The translations under genes and the position numbers were made by a program. 64,000 bases of DNA from the human T2T-CHM13v2.0 reference genome, Homo sapiens, in the NCBI RefSeq assembly GCF_009914755.1, contig NC_060946.1; one strand, 5' to 3'. This document shows, in pieces, positions 42,654 through 56,761 of this stretch; within the stretch, counting starts at the first letter, position 1; each line of letters opens with the position of its first letter. The notes beneath the pieces are model-generated. The model did not search any database. It saw only the letters and a program-made list of their open reading frames with translations, and had not been told where the DNA came from.

Positions 42654-43964
42654 GTAACCCCTGGCTCCTTCTCACCCTGCCCTGCCCCAGCAGGTATGTC
42701 TCTGTGACATCCTGCTTCTTCAGTAGTTCATAGCTTTCATTGCTAATTAGGCACCCAAAGGGGACATGATGGCTTCTTTGGTTGGAACTTTCGGGATCTG
42801 AGGAGGGGTTTGTGCGCAGGCTGCAAACCTTCCTGGGGCTGGTCGGATCTGGGGATTAGAGACTGTGTAGCACTTGGTGCCATGGGGTTCTTCCAGACCA
42901 TCCGTCCCAGAGGGGAAGAAATAACCTCACGGGGAGGCCCTGGTCTGCCTGCAGTGAGCCAGAGGCAGAATGGGGGCCAGAGCGCAGGCCGGGATGGCTC
43001 CAGCATCCCACGGTATCCTGGCACTTCCAACTGAGGGGTAGTCACAGCACCCTGCATCGTCCAGGAAGTCTTTAAGGCAGAGAATCTTCCTCTGAAGCAC
43101 TCTGGGCTCTCTCCTCAATTCCCGCTCAGGCCATCAGCAAGTCCTGCCAAATCTATATCCTCACCCCTCCAGCCTTTGTTTCTCCCTCTGTCTTCATCTT
43201 TCTGCTGTAGTCCAGGCCACTGCTACTCTTGCTTGAGCTGTGGCAGCACACTTGCCACAGTCTCCTCTGCCCGCTCCAGCCGCTTTCCAGCCACAGAGGC
43301 ACCTTTCCAAAACAGATATGAATGTGCTTCTCCCTCACTTAAAACCCTTCATGTTCCCTCCAGGTTGTGTGTCACTTAAGGTACACTGAGCTCCAGGCCT
43401 GTCTCTCCCCCTGGTCTTGTGCTTCCTTGGCTGCAGCCTTCCTGGGCTACCCCCTGGGGTCCCTGCCTGCATGCCTGTCCTCTGCCCCCACTCCTTGCCC
43501 TCCCTGGGTGTTGGACACACCACAGCCACTCACTTGGAAACTTTCTTAATAAGGCTCTCACCTGTCTGCCCCACCCCTCCTCTGTGAGCCATTGTGGCTG
43601 CATCTGTTCTCATTGCAGCAGCCATACTGACTCTTTGCACTTGTGTAGCTTGTCCATGGCTCTCTTCTCTCTGGGCTCTCAGCTCCCCCATGCCCTGTTC
43701 ACAGGACACAGCACATAGTAGGTACTGAGGGTATCAGTAACTGCATGTGGCATGAAGGAGAGTAGTGTGACTATCATTGGACACTATGGGTCTCTGTCCG
43801 ATGACATGCTGAGGATCTGCTAGGTTACAGTGCCCACATCTGAGCAGTGGGGGTGGGCAGGCAGCACATACCAGCTCCCCAAGAGGCCTCCTGCCTCCCT
43901 TCAGTCTGCCCTGAAGGCTTACCCTGCTGTGACACTTCTGCTGTCTCCCACCCCGCACTGTCAG

Positions 43965-44121
43965 GTCATTGACTGCAGCATGGCTGTGCAGGAGGAGGCC
44001 AAGGAGCCCCACGTCTCTTCAGTGCTACCCTGGATCATTCTACACCGGATCATCTGGCAGGAGGAAGACACCTTCCATTCTCTGTGCCACCAGCAGCAGC
44101 TCCAAAACCCAGCGGAGGAAG
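43965..44121 (+). CDS. CABIN1: Exon 18 (c.2476-2632) VIDCSMAVQ...PAEE
   Basis: ctgtcag|GTC ... AAG|gtgcac (weak donor); 157 nt; phase matches exon 19. Confidence 0.92.
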
Positions 44122-46522
44122 GTGCACAGGCAGTGGGTGCAGTGGGGATGAGCTCTGACTCCCATGTCCTTGCCCCTGTCCTCTGCCCTAGGGTCCTGGA
44201 CCTTATCCAGACGTTGTGAGTGGGGCTCAGTCCTCTCAATCCCAGGATTTTGCATGCGCTTGGACAGAGGCAGAAGTGTCCTTGGTTTCTCCCTGAGGGA
44301 GCTTACTGTGCAGTGGGCACGGGAGGCCTGGATGTGTGAGCATTGTATGTTTGGTGCAGATGGCAGCATGGAGGGAGTGACAAGAGGTGACTACTTATGA
44401 CAAATGCTGACACTGCTCCAGGAGGCCTTGTATCCACTAGCTCCTTTAATCCCCATGACACCCGAAGGGATGGTAAGCCGAGGGCAGCATGGAGTGAGCA
44501 CAGGTTCCACATCCCAACTGTCACTTCTTAGATGTGTGACCTTGGGCAAGTCATATAACTTCAGCCTCTATTTCCCCATACCCATATTGGGAATAATAAT
44601 ATCTACCTCAGAAGGTTATTCTGAGGATGAAATGAAATAATAAAGCCATGAATCACCATGGTGGGTCAGTGCCTGGCTCATGGTGGGTGCTGAGTGATGA
44701 GAATCCAGGGAGGGCGAGCCCCAGACCCTTAATGGAGATGGCAATGGATCCATAGTCAGTGCAATGGTAGAAAGTGTGCTGGATTGAAGAAACGACAGTA
44801 CTGCAGCTAAATGACACTTAAAGCAAAGATTGCCTGTAATCTTATCAGATAGATCTTTTTTTTTTTCCATTTTTTGTTTTCTTGCATTTGCTGTCCAGAC
44901 TTGGCCTAATGCACATCTAGTTTGTGTGCAGTTGTTAGAATAATATGTGTCTATTGATGCTTGTATTCAACTAGCTTAAAATTAAGTTTATTGAAGATTT
45001 TTCCTCAATAATTTGTAAAACAAGAAAAGTGGAAAGGAAAGAGTCATCCCTATTCCAACTGCTCAGAGAAAACCAGAGTTAACATGTGGTTTTTCTCCTT
45101 CCCTTCACATTCTCTCTATAATTTTATTCACTGCTCAGAAAGTTACCAGCTGCTCACTACATGTCAGGGCTCTGTGGCTAGGATACCTCTGGCCTTGACA
45201 GGTTTGTGATAGTGGGAGACAGATCAACTATCTAACACCAGGATGGTGTGGTGGATGGAGAGGAGGGCACCTGATGCTGCCCATGGGTGTGGGTGTGGGT
45301 TGAGTTGAGCCCTGAAGGAAGAGCAGGGGCAGAGGAAGACATTGGGGAGGTGGAGTGGGGCCAGGGACTGAGCAAGCCTTAAGTCAGGCAGGAGACCTGG
45401 GGCATGGGGATTGGATATGGGAAGAGGGGCCAGATTGCAAAAGGCTTTTATTTTCTGTTTTGTAAAGCTGTTGCTCCATTTTGCTCCATTGTTTTCATCA
45501 TGCTGATGAGAGGTGCATGCACTATTGAACCATCCCCGCTGCTGAACCCTTAGTTTGGCTGCACTATTTCATTCTTACGGGTCATGCCGTGATGAACACC
45601 TCATTCATGCCTTTTTGCTTGTACCCAATTTTTTTTTAGGATAAATTTCTAGGAATGAATATCTTTAGAGCTCTTGATAATTATTACCTCTGGTACCACA
45701 TTGTTCTCCAAAAGGATTTTAGTGGTGAAAAAAAACCTAAAGTTTATAACTATAAAAGTTTGTTATTTTTCTTAGAAAAATAACACGAAAAGACTTCTGG
45801 ACTGAAATTCTCCTTTTCCTCAAAATTAATTATGCAAACAAAAATTAGTTTTCAAAAAACTGCCAGCAAGTAAATGCGGATAGAGGAATAGTCAAATACC
45901 TTAAACTTTGAAAAGTACATCAAAGAAAGAGAGAGAGATTGGAAAGGAAAAAGAAAGAAAAGAAAGAAAAAAGAAAGATTCTGGTGGAGTGGCAGTAGAT
46001 GTGGCTCTGTCTCTGCATGTCCCTCAGCAGGAGAACTGATGGAAGATAGCAAGTTGACCAAATCCTGGGAAATATTATTAATATTCTCATTTGTGGAGAG
46101 TGGCATGAGGGGAAACCTCCTCCATCCCACCCTTGGCCTTGGCAGAGGCAGGAAGAGCCACAGGATCCTGCCATCTTCCAGTGTGCAGACTGAGCTGAGG
46201 GAAGGGGCCCTGGGATAAAACACACTATGGTTGGGTGGTGAGGGGCCTGGTGAGGATATTATCACCCAGGAAAAATAATAACAGTTATCACATACTGAAT
46301 TCTCTGGAAGCAGATACTAAGACAGGGTTTATAAGGAAGGCGGAGGAAGCAGAATTGGGCTTTTGAGCTGACAAACAGAATGAAACAAAAAGGAAAATCG
46401 TAGAACTGAGGAAAACACTGCAAACTAAATCTCACCATTATAAAGTCATAAATGCAAACAGCATGGAGCAGAATGAATATGACAAATTGGAACAATTGGT
46501 TGCATTTAAGAGCCAAAAGTAA

Positions 46523-46830
46523 CAGGGCATGGTGGCTCACTCCTGTAATTCCCACACTTCAGGAGTTTGAGGCAGAAAGATTACATGGGGCCAGGAGTTT
46601 GAAGCCAGCCCAGGCAACGTAGTAAGACCCTGTATCTACAAAAAGTAAAATAAAATTTAAAAAATTAGCCAGGTGTGGTGGTGGCACCTAGAGACCTAGC
46701 TACTTGGGAGGCTGAGAAAGGAGGATGACTTGAGCCCAGGAGTTGGAGGCTGCATTGAGCTATGACCATGCCATTGTACTCCAGCCTGGGCAAAAGTGAG
46801 ACCTCATCTTAAAAAAAAGAAGAAAAAGTA
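46523..46830 (+). mobile_element. AluJ-like
   Basis: Sense dimer. Confidence 0.85.
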
Positions 46831-47086
46831 CAAAACAAATTTCATGAAAGAAAGTTATTACTAGTGGCTTCTGACATGTTCTGTCCTGATCCACTCTAAA
46901 AATGCTAGTTATAAGTCGTTAATGGGTTATGGCCCAGAGTTTCAAAAATACTAAGGGACCTTTATAAACAAATAATACTTCTAGTGGTAAACAAATGTGT
47001 AACTGGAATTCAGTAGTTCTTTTTCCTCCTGTTTTACTCTTTTTCTTCTGTATTATTCAGGTAGACCTAAATCTAAGAACTTTTAA

Positions 47087-47366
47087 GGCCAGGCGCCATG
47101 GCTCATGCCTGTAGTCTCAACACTTTGGGAGGCCGAGGCAGGCCAGGAGTTCGAGACTAGCTTGAGCAACATAGTGAGACCCTGTCTCTACAAAAAATTA
47201 AAAAATTAGCTGGGTGTGGTAGCTCGCGCCTGTAGTCCCAGCTACTCAGGAGACTGAGGCAGGAAGATTGTGTGAGTCCAGGAATTGGAGGCTGCAGTGA
47301 GCTATAATTGTGCCAACTGTACTCCAGCCTGGGCAACAGTTAGACCCTATCTCTTAAAAAAAAAAA
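47087..47366 (+). mobile_element. AluJ-like with a short left-arm deletion
   Basis: ggccgaggcaggccaggagttcg lacks the gatcgcttg segment. Confidence 0.85.
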
Positions 47367-47778
47367 TTTTTTTTTTTAAGTTAAGAAATGGCATGTGTAG
47401 TATGGGTTCCATTGTAACAAATTACTTTTCTCTCATTCAAAATGCATCAGATATGCACAGATGGATGCTGTGACTGAGGTTCACCAGATGTCAGCATTGG
47501 TTCTCTCTGGGCTGGTATTTTGATGGATAAAGTGTGCTCCTTTATATTTTCCTATATGGCTTGAATTGTGTTTTGATAAGCGTGTATTGCTTTAGTAAAG
47601 CCAGTCAAGTCACTACTTATTTAAAAAGGCAAAAAAAAAAAAAAAAGGGAAAGGAAAAGTCTGTAGTCATGTTGATAAAGACAGAAAAGCCCGAAAAGAG
47701 GAGACTGAGCCTCGCAGCCCCTGCAGGCACGCAGGTTCCCACACTAACTCTGTGTCTGTCGGCCTGGGCTTTCCCTAG

Positions 47779-47894
47779 GGATGTCAGAGACGCCCATGCT
47801 CCCATCCTCCCTCATGCTGCTGAACACAGCCCACGAGTATTTGGGCAGAAGGTCCTGGTGCTGCAATTCAGATGGGGCTCTGCTGCGATTCTAT
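47779..47894 (+). CDS. CABIN1: Exon 19 (c.2633-2748) GMSETPML...LRFY
   Basis: tccctag|GG ... TAT|gtaagt; 116 nt. Confidence 0.95.
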
Positions 47895-48554
47895 GTAAGT
47901 GCTTCCCCTTGGGCTGCAGACTGCCAGTGCGGGGCAGGGCTGGGGTGGGAGGTGGAATGGGAAGGGGACAGATTCATGTTGGCACGCTGGGCTTGCTTGG
48001 CCTTCCCTCAGTGGGCCCACTGTGTGTCTTTGACTTACTGCATTTCTCACTGTAGTTACCGAAGCTTGTCAGAAAGTCTGATAAGACTTTCTTGCCAGAA
48101 AGTTCCCTTGTGTACCTGAGGCTCAGGAAGCTCCGGAGCTCTTGAACAGCAGGTGGATTTAGATCTACTAGTCCTTACTGAGTTTCTTCCTAGTCAGGCA
48201 CGGGGCTAGGCCTTGTAGTTGTAATTTCAGGAGTAATAACCACATGCACCACCACCGCCTTCTATTGAGTCCTGTTTACTAAGCATTACTCACAATGCCA
48301 AGTAGTAGTTGCTCATTCAATAGCTATTATTACATCCATTCAGTCACTAAATGATTAGTGAGAGCACATACACTTCCTTGCACTTGTCAGTTGTGATTGA
48401 CTGGAAGTAGCTCCCTGGGTTTACTAGGGATAAGCAGCACGAACCCTGTCTCCAATCTCACTGTTGAGTAGGAGGCCAAGCAGCATGCAGACCAGTTACA
48501 GAGCACCTGGTGTTCTTCATATACCAAGACAGGGACCTCAGACCCAGCCTATAA

Positions 48555-48728
48555 TATTTATTCGTGAAGTTCTATTGGGATATAACCATGCCCATTCATT
48601 TACATATTAACTGTGGCTGCTTTTGCAGTAGAGTGGCAGAGTGCAGTAGCTGTGATGGAGGTGTATGGCCAGCAAAGTCTAAAATACTTAGTATCTGGCC
48701 CTTTAAGAAAACGTTTGCCATCACCTGC
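48555..48728. mobile_element. MER58A-like fragment
   Basis: ccatgcccattcatttacatatt...tatctggccctttaagaaaacgtttgccatcacctg. Confidence 0.75.
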
Positions 48729-51700
48729 TCTATACCTTCTCTTCAGGGAACAATACCTGCTCTTTCACAACTGCACCCTCCCTCCCAGTACTCCCCATCT
48801 TCCTGTGCTTTCCCCTCAGCGCTTAACCTCTAGCATGCTGTGTGATACACTCATTGAGTGTATTGTGTGTCTCTGCTCCACTGAAATTAACTTTAGAGAG
48901 AGTAGGGGGTTTTGCTAGTTTTGTTCACTGCTGGATCCAAGTACCTAGTACACACCTGGCACATAGTAGGTGCTTAATAAATATGGGTTAAAGGAGAGTA
49001 TGCATATGTATAGAGCTCATGTATGTATAGAGCTTGACAGTTTGCAAGACACTTAGGCTGAATATGTGATTTGTCCAGGAGACCCATCTGGCCCAGGTCC
49101 CTGTTGCTGGTTAGTGTCTGAGGCAAATTCCAGCCCCAGCTCCAGATGCCTGAATGTCTCCCCTACCCCGTGAGCTCTGAGGGCCTTTGGGATGCTCACC
49201 CTGGGTCAGCTCTACTCTCCAAGACTATTTTTGGAAGAGTTTTGCCAGGCTGAGTCTGTAATGCTGCCCAGGACTCAGCCACTCCCTTTTTCTGCCTTCC
49301 CTCTGCCAACCAACCCTCTGCAGGGACAGTCTCTGCTTCCATAAGGTCACCTCCACAAGGCCATCCTCCTTATGCTGATTGGGAAGAATGAGTTAATACC
49401 TTAGGCTAGCTTGGGTGGGAGTGGTGCTAAGAGTGAAGGGGTGGGCTGAAGGGGCAACAGGATGGTCCTATTTCATTTTTCTTAATCTGTGTCTTTTCTA
49501 CTGGAGCATGAATTCTAGCTGCTGATATCTGCTAATGAATTTGAGGGAGTAGAAGTGAGTTGAGCACTGTTGTGTTTCATTTTGTAGTTCCTGATTTTCC
49601 TGCCCAAGGCCCAGCCTTTACATTTCTCCAACCTTTGCAGCAGCTCTCCTGACCACCCTGTGCCTTCTGCCTGCCATGCTATTCCTCAGCTTCTGCATGA
49701 CTGGTTTGTTGTTTCCTTCCTGCATTTTCAAAGAGGCTTTTCTCTCTTGCCACATGCTGTCCTGTCTACTGCTGGGGACCCCCACCATTTGTTTCTGTCA
49801 TGTGCCCCTCCCCCACCAGCTAGCATCCCTGGGACCAGGGACCTTTTCTGTCTTGCTGTTTGAAGCATCCCTGGGGCCTGAGCAATACCTGACAGACTGC
49901 TGCCCAGTTGTATTTCTTGAATGAATGAATGAACAAACATAAAGACATTCATTAATTTCCCCAGAAATGCTTGCTGAGCACTCATGATTCTGGGTGCCAT
50001 GGAGGGTTATGAAGGTTGAATGCTTCATTACTACCTCTTCTTGCCCCAGGCTCATGGTCTGCAGGTAAAAGGATTCCATCTTGAGAGTGATTTGAGGCCA
50101 ACATCAGGGAGACCTTTTGTGTGGATTATTTTCTTAGATAGAATGGAAATGTTCTCTGAGAGAAATCCTCTTGAGTCTCTTCTTTTCTTGAGTTATTTCT
50201 TTTCATATGTTTTACTTGGGTTGATGGATTCTTATCTGTTCATCTCCACACAGCTCAAATGGCCCCTGTGCTATAGAGCCTTTATTAATACCTGGATATT
50301 CCCTCTTACATTGTGTGCCCACCCCCCTTCTGTGTACCACACCCAGATTTTATATGTGTTGACAATCTGCTGTATTTGCCACAAATTTGTCTTCTGATAA
50401 AAATAAGAGTTAACAAGAAAGCATGCTCTTCACTACCCTACCTCCCTCACTCTCTTGAAGCTGGTTGTGTATCTTTTTGTCCACATTTTTTTATACCTAA
50501 TTATGTATCTGTATGTCAGTAAATAGTATATAGTTACATGAGTTTTAAAATTTTACATACTAAATATATAGTATGTAACCTCTTGCAGCTTGCTTTTATT
50601 TTAGTATACTGAGATACAGTTACATTGATACAAGTACATCTAGTTTATTCATTTTAATTGCTTTACAGGGTTCTATTGTGTGAGTATATCATGCTCTTAA
50701 ACTTTTTAGTATGGAAAATTCCCAACATTATTAAAATAGAAAGTATAGTGCACTTCCATATACTGAGCACTGGTTAGTCGTTATTATTCATAACGCATGT
50801 CCACTCCCCCACCTACCTTCCCAATCATCCCACATTATTCTGAAGCAAATCCTAGACATTTATATCAATTCATCTGTAAGTATTTGTTATTATTTTTTAA
50901 AACAATTTTCCTAATATGGCATTAAGGTTGTTTATCCATTTTGGGAGTTACAAATGATATTATGGTTAACGTCCACCAAGAGGTTGTTTTATGTATACAT
51001 GTGAGAGTTTCTCTTGTGTAGATTCCTGTAAAAGGAACTACTGGATCACAGAGTGTGTACATTGTTAACTTTAAAAATTTTATTTTCAGATTATTCTCCA
51101 AAATTATTGAACAGTTTTATACTTTTGATAGCTGTGTGGGAATTCCTGCACATCTGTGTCAGCCCTAGGTACAGTAGACTTAAATGTTGATGCCCATCTG
51201 AAAGGCATGAAATGGTATTTCATTGTTCTTTAGATGTTCTTTCTAATAATTTATAATTATTAGTGAGATTGAATATCTTTTTATGCCTGTTTACCCCTTG
51301 GGTTTCCTCTTATGCAAATTGCCTGTTCACATGATTTGCCCATCTTTCTAGTGGTTTGTTTTTCTTTTTCCTATTGATTTGCAGTTTTTTTCTTAAGGTA
51401 CTCTGAATTCCAGTCTTTTATCTGATACATAAGTTTCACCAGTTTTACGTGCACATATTGTGTCTGTGTGCTTAGTTCTATTTCTATTTCTGTGCACCTT
51501 TATGTGGGATATCTTTTAACTATGTGTATGGTATTTGTTTTACAGAATTTTAAAATTTGAATGTCAAATTTATTAGTCTTCTCCTTTGAGGTTTGTGATT
51601 TTTTGAGGGATGGGGGTACTTTTACTTCCCTCTCACAAAATTATGTAAAGATCTCCTTTACATTAGTCTACTAGTTTGCTCTTGTATTTCATGTGTCTGT

Positions 51701-52556
51701 ATTCCATCTAAATTTTATTTTTGTTAAAAGATAAGGCAGGAATCCAATTTTACATTCCACATGCATGGCCAGTTGGTTTTTACCATTTTTTGAAGAGTCT
51801 GTTCTCTGTGCTGACTTGTAAGTCACCTTCTTACATGTTGGCTCTGTTCTTTTTATTGGCATAGGAGTCTTGTCCGTTCCTGACAATACTGAATTGTCTT
51901 TGAGAGATTTTGATACCTGGTAGGGTTAACCTACTCACGTACCTCTTAGTCTCTTGGCTATTCTTGGCCTTTTCCTCTTCTGTACCATTGTACGATCACT
52001 CTGTAATGTTTTATGATATCCAACCCCCTAACGCAAACCTGCCATTGGAATTTTGATTGGAATAACATTGACCTCACAGATTAATTTGCAAAATAATTGT
52101 CATTTTTGTATGATTGAGTCTTTCTAGTCGTAAATGTGGTATATCTCTCTGTTTATTTAGGTCTTATGCTTTCATGTCCCTTAATTCAGCTTAATAATTT
52201 TCTCCATAATACTTTTTTTCCTTTCACTCTCATTTTTTCAAAGTATAGCTGTAAAATTGTTGCGTATATTTTGTTAGATTGTTGCCTAGGTTTCATTTGT
52301 TTTTATTAGTGTTGTAAATAGATATTTAAATGTTAGTTTTTCTATTTGGTTTTTGTGAGCATGCAGGAGCACTAGTTTTTTGAATAATTTTTTCTTATGC
52401 ACAGCTCCTTTGCTTATTGCTTCTATTAATTTTAGTGGGTGGTAGACTTGAATTTTCTATGTAGACAGTCATATCATCCACGAATAACTATTTTTTCCTT
52501 CCTTTTCAATCCTTATAGTTTTTTTCTTTTTTCCCCCTTGTCTTATACTCTTTGCC

Positions 52557-52883
52557 AGGGGTCACCAAAGCTTTTCCTGTAAAGGGACAAATAGTAAATC
52601 TTTGAGGCTTTGTAGGTTCTAGGGTCTCTGTTGGAACTACTCAGGGCTTCCATTGCCTCAGAAAAGCAGTCGTAGATATTATTTAAATCAGTGGCTGCAG
52701 CTTTGTTCCAACAAAACTTGTGGACGCTAAAATTTGAATTTCATATAATCTTCATGTGTTAAAAAATAGTTTTTTTCTGTTAATTTTTTTTCAATCATTT
52801 AAAAATGCAGACATCGTTCTTAACTCCCGGCCTACAAAACAGACAAGGGCAGGATTTGGCCCATGGGGTGGTTTGCCACCTGT
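52557..52883. mobile_element. MER58B-like
   Basis: caggggtcaccaaagcttttcctgtaaaggg...ggatttggccc...gtttgccacctg. Confidence 0.7.
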
Positions 52884-53308
52884 GGTCTAGAGCTCTCTCT
52901 CTCTTTTTGGGGAGTGTTATAATAAATTCTAAACTACTATTTCTTTAGTGATTATAGGTCCAATTAGATTTTCTCTTCTCAAGTCAATTATATTGTTTTA
53001 ACAGTTTCCACTTAGAGCATAAGGCTGTTCATGGTTTCTGCTTATGCTTTAAAAAGTTCTGTGGTACCTCGAGTTATGCCCCTTTTTCATTGCTAAAATA
53101 GTTTGTGCTTTCTCCCCCCACCTTTTAAAAACCAGTCTTTCATGAGGTTTGTATAAATTAGTCTTTTCAAATTACTGACTATTGGTTTATTGATCCATTT
53201 TTTCTTTGCTTTCTAGTTCATTACCGCTTTAATATTTCCTTTTACGTTCTTTGAATTTACTCTGTATTGTTTCTAACTTACTGAATTGAATGGTTATTTT
53301 AGTATTCA

Positions 53309-54060
<752 letters not shown>

Positions 54061-54837
54061 TGACTCCCATATATTCTGATATTTGGTGTTTGCTATTTTT
54101 ATATAATTGATTTCTAATTTTATTGAATTGTGTTCAGCTGAGGATGTGGTATGTATTATATCTAGTTTTTGGTCTTTGTACTTGCTTTTCATCCAGTTTT
54201 GGCAAAAATCTCATGAATGCTTGAAAATAATGTGTATTTGCTAATAGTTGGGCATAACAATAGCCGTCGGCTCTCATATTCTTAGATGTAACTTGTTTAC
54301 TATGTTGTTCACATCCTCTCTGATCCTCATTTATGTTTTGTCTGAGGGAGATTCTCTTAGCCCTAATGAGATTTATCATCTTATGTTATAATTATTTGTT
54401 TATAGTTTAACTTTATTCTCTCCACTGGAATCTGAACTTCTAAAAAGCAAGGACTATACCTATTTTAAGAAAGTATTCAGTAAATATTCGTTGAGGAAAT
54501 CAATGACTAAATAAATGAGTGAAGTTCCCAGGAGGCAAATATCTTCTTCTGGTGGCTGGTAGAAATTGGCTAGGTGTGCTGAAAGAAAGGCAGCTTGGTA
54601 AACCCATCAGGAGGCTACTGTTGGGCCCAGAGGTGGGACCAGAATTACTCCTATTAGGATAACAAGACTTTTCCAGGAAACAGGTGTTTTTGGAATCAAG
54701 TCATGCAGGAGCCCAACAGACATAGCCACCTCAGGTTAAAAGAGTTGATAGAGTGGTGGTTTCTCTGGGGCCCTGCTGTGACAGGGAGGCAGTGGCTACA
54801 GGCCCTCACCTCAGGCCATCTCTTCTGCCCACCACAG

Positions 54838-54999
54838 GTGCGAGTACTCCAGAAGGAACTGGCTGCATCCACCTCTGAAGACACGCACCCTTACAAGGAG
54901 GAGCTGGAGACAGCCTTGGAGCAGTGCTTCTACTGCCTGTACAGCTTCCCCAGCAAGAAGAGTAAGGCCAGGTACCTGGAGGAACACTCGGCCCAGCAG
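54838..54999 (+). CDS. CABIN1: Exon 20 (c.2749-2910) VRVLQKEL...HSAQQ
   Basis: ccacag|GTG ... CAG|gtgagg; 162 nt. Confidence 0.95.
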
Positions 55000-55225
55000 G
55001 TGAGGGTGCTGCAATAGGCCCAACAAAGAGGGAAGCAGGAGCTGTAAGCTCTTTTGAAGGATGTCATATTTGTCAACAGTCATCTTGGCAGTCCTGCTTG
55101 GAGTTGCATCAGAAGGAGGAGAGAAGACGGTCTGATGAGTGTATCAAAGGACAAGGGTTTTTCTTGCAAAAACTTATTTTCATAAATGTTGACTGACATT
55201 CAACTAATGTTGACTAATATGTAGA

Positions 55226-55394
55226 ACCAGATATGGTGGTGCATACCTTTAGTTCTAGCTGCTCTGGAGGGTGAGGGTAGGAGGGTTACTTGAGGCCAGA
55301 ATTTTAAGGCTGGAGTGCACTGTGATTGCATCTGTGAATAGCCCTGGGTGGCAGAGCAAGGCCCCATCTCTAAAAACAAACAAACAACAAACAA
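55226..55394 (+). mobile_element. FAM (fossil Alu monomer, 7SL-derived)
   Basis: Monomer retaining the ctgtgaatagcc segment; (CAAA)n tail. Confidence 0.7.
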
Positions 55395-55800
55395 AACTAC
55401 CCTAAAACCAAAAAATGTAGCATGGCAGTTGTCGATAGTTTATTTCTATTTTGGATATGAATAATTCCTTAGAGGTTTTCCATTTTTGTGTTGTTTTGGT
55501 TTTTAGAGCGCTATTGAGTGTATTATCTAATGGCTCCTCAGTACTGTCAGTTATTCTCTGATCTTAGGGATTCCATCCACTAAAATGTAAGCTCCTTAGG
55601 ACAGAGCCCCTGCTGTGGACCCCAAACCTAGGGCCACTCTCCCTGGAGTCAGCTCTCCTTCAATATTTTGTCTACCAAGTGGAGAGGGTCTGTGGCTGGC
55701 CCAAGGTCCCCACCCATGATGGAACCCACCCTCTGGCTCAGCCACGTGGGCTTATAGAGCGCAGCTTGTGGTTTCTAATGTCTGTCTTTCTACAGACTAG

Positions 55801-56082
<282 letters not shown>

Positions 56083-56188
56083 TAACCTCATTTACATTGG
56101 ACAAAGTGCGTTTCTATGGAGGAATGCAATTTTCCTTCTTCATTTACCCTGAATGTGTTACTAATCTGCCTTCTGTCTTTTTTTCAAG

Positions 56189-56395
56189 GTGGATCTTATA
56201 TGGGAGGATGCACTGTTCATGTTTGAGTATTTTAAGCCCAAGACCCTTCCTGAATTTGACAGCTATAAGACCAGCACCGTGTCTGCTGACTTGGCCAACC
56301 TACTGAAGAGAATTGCCACCATTGTGCCTCGCACAGAGAGGCCAGCCCTTAGCCTGGACAAAGTCTCTGCCTACATTGAGGGAACTTCAACTGAG
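56189..56395 (+). CDS. CABIN1: Exon 21 (c.2911-3117) [10 protein letters not shown]...GTSTE
   Basis: ttttcaag|GTG ... GAG|gtgggc; 207 nt. Confidence 0.95.
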
Positions 56396-56615
56396 GTGGG
56401 CCCACAACCTTGAGGACGTGGGGGACAGGGCTGGGTCACACTCTTCCGCTCTGCCACTGCTGTATATGCTCCTTTGCTTCTTTTTCTGCTCTGTACCAGA
56501 CTGAGGGGCAGGAGAGGCTGGAGAGTCTGTCCTGTGACTAAACAGTCCTGGGTTTACTGGTCACATCTGAGTCCTTGACTCCACCTCCCCTCATACTTTT
56601 CCTCTCACCTGCCAG

Positions 56616-56761
56616 GTACCCTGCCTCCCAGAGGGGGCTGACCCCTCCCCTCCAGTGGTGAACGAGCTTTACTACCTCCTGGCTGATTATCATTTCAAAA
56701 ACAAGGAGCAGTCCAAGGCCATCAAGTTCTACATGCATGACATCTGCATCTGCCCCAATAG
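56616..56761 (+). CDS. CABIN1: Exon 22 (c.3118-3263) VPCLPEG...ICPN, TPR-like
   Basis: ctgccag|GTA ... TAG|gtcagt; 146 nt; not in the ORF track in this frame. Confidence 0.94.
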
